Assembly (NCBI GenBank): GCA_001462255.1
Contig: LIUJ01000101.1
Location: 12,452 to 52,871 of the forward strand
DNA: 40,420 nt
Reading direction: 5' to 3'
From: Fibrobacteria bacterium GUT77
GTDB taxonomy: Bacteria > Fibrobacterota > Chitinivibrionia > Chitinivibrionales > Chitinispirillaceae
Part shown: in pieces, positions 39,610-40,420 of the stretch
Numbering within the stretch: the stretch's first letter is position 1
Layout: the number at the start of each line of letters is the position of its first letter
The notes under the pieces: model-generated
Told to the model about the DNA's origin: nothing
Seen by the model: only the letters and a program-made list of their open reading frames with translations
Databases searched by the model: none
Program-made: the position numbers and the translations under genes

Positions 39610-39634
39610 CGTTTACGCAAATTTTGAAACAGTC
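39610..39634. repeat. Second copy (reverse orientation, 22/25 identical) of the 35614-35638 element
   Basis: The reverse complement reads AGACTGTTTCAAAATTTGCGTAAAC, against AGACAGTTTCAAATTTTGTGTAAAC at 35614-35638. Lies in the flhA-flhF spacer. Confidence 0.8.
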
Positions 39635-39661
39635 TCTTAAAATCACCGTTCAGACAATGTT

Positions 39662-40420
39662 TTACTCCGTCGTAATCATCCCCATAGACCTGATCTCTAT
39701 CCCCGGTACTATTTCATTGTACGACAACACGGCCAGTTCCGGGAAATTCGCCTCCGTAAGACGCTTTAATTGGGGGCGCACCGTGGGCGAGCATATAAGT
39801 ATCGGGTACTCGCCGGCTTGCTTGGTCACCTCTATTTGTACGCCGGTAGCTTCTAATATACGATTCGCGTCGGCGGGGGACAAGGAAAAACGGAAGATAC
39901 CGTCGCTCTCCTGTATCGCCCCCTCCAGCTTCGCCTCAAGATTCGGGTCGAGCGTTATTACCGGGATCACGCCGTCGTCGTTTTTGTATATCTCGCATAT
40001 CTGCGGGGCAAGGACATTTCTCACATACTCGGTTTGGACGTCTATGTTCTTGCTGCGCGATGCCACGCCCGCTAAGGTTTCCAGTATCAGCAACAGGTCT
40101 CTTATGGAGATGCGCTCCCGCAATAGGTTTTGCAATACCCTATGGACGTCGCCCACGCTCATCATGGCGGGGATCAGCTCGTCTATGACCGCGCCGCCCT
40201 GCTCCTTCAAATTGTCTATAAGCGACTTGACGTTTTGCCGTGTCAGTATCTCGTGGGCGTGCTTCTTTATCGTCTCCGTGAGGTGGGTCGCGATTACCGC
40301 CGGCAACTCAACCACCGTGTAACCGGCCACCTCCGCGTCGCTCTTCTGGCTCTCGGTGATCCAAATGGCGGGGAGGTTGAACGCCGGCTCCACCGTCGGC
40401 ACGCCGCGTATCTTCCTGAC
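39662..40420 (-). CDS. flhA: Flagellar type III export protein FlhA, C-terminal cytoplasmic domain (5' part lies beyond the window end)
   Basis: The frame is open from the window edge (the ORF-track M at 40402 is an internal GTG). ..ELPAVIATHLTETIKKHAHEILTRQNVKSLIDNLKE..ELIPAMMSVGDVHRVLQNLLRERISIRDL.. is typical FlhA-C. Confidence 0.9.
   Translation of the reverse strand, partial: VRKIRGVPTVEPAFNLPAIWITESQKSDAEVAGYTVVELPAVIATHLTETIKKHAHEILTRQNVKSLIDNLKEQGGAVIDELIPAMMSVGDVHRVLQNLLRERISIRDLLLILETLAGVASRSKNIDVQTEYVRNVLAPQICEIYKNDDGVIPVITLDPNLEAKLEGAIQESDGIFRFSLSPADANRILEATGVQIEVTKQAGEYPILICSPTVRPQLKRLTEANFPELAVLSYNEIVPGIEIRSMGMITTE

Noticed and set aside
39624-40322. 232-aa plus-strand ORF
   Set aside because: Antisense to the well-conserved FlhA C-terminal domain. 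Ser/Ile-rich shadow frame.
1-40420. Scan for CRISPR arrays, transposase or integrase genes, IS inverted repeats, rRNA genes, and toxin-antitoxin or defence-like gene pairs
   Set aside because: No regularly spaced direct repeats and no ORF with recombinase, nuclease or toxin-like motifs were seen. Every ORF longer than 60 aa outside the called genes is a shadow frame of a conserved gene.

Overview
This 40.4-kb bacterial chromosomal window has every credible gene on the minus strand and is mostly core housekeeping. In transcription order (high to low coordinates): the 3' part of flhA, flhF, flhG, a small acidic membrane ORF, fliA, a small ORF, an HDOD signalling protein and an orphan clpP. Then comes one uninterrupted array: tRNA-Thr/Tyr/Gly/Thr, tuf, rpmG, tRNA-Trp, secE, nusG, rplKAJL, rpoBC, rpsL-rpsG-fusA, the S10/spc/alpha ribosomal-protein clusters and fba. 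A HAD phosphatase and the N-terminus of a GH1 beta-glucosidase follow. rpmJ, rpmG, the five tRNAs and the edge-truncated GH1 and flhA ends are missing from the ORF track and were found by reading the sequence. Several ORF-track starts were trimmed to SD-supported start codons. I see no mobile element, CRISPR array, defence, toxin or biosynthetic genes, and no convincing new multi-gene system. What the genes do not explain is mostly non-coding: (1) a 25-nt element in inverted orientation bracketing the flhF-flhG-orf150-fliA-orf111 module, one copy being a perfect 13-bp palindrome; (2) two uncharacterised small proteins embedded in the fliA operon; (3) unusually long, related AT-rich spacers inside the ribosomal-protein operons, including a 22-nt core shared by two junctions; (4) an exact 12-mer present three times just upstream of genes; (5) a permuted infA-rpsK-rpsM-rpmJ-rpsD order. 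Product calls rest on my recognition of translated motifs and synteny, since no database search was possible. Promoter, terminator and structure calls are by eye and tentative.
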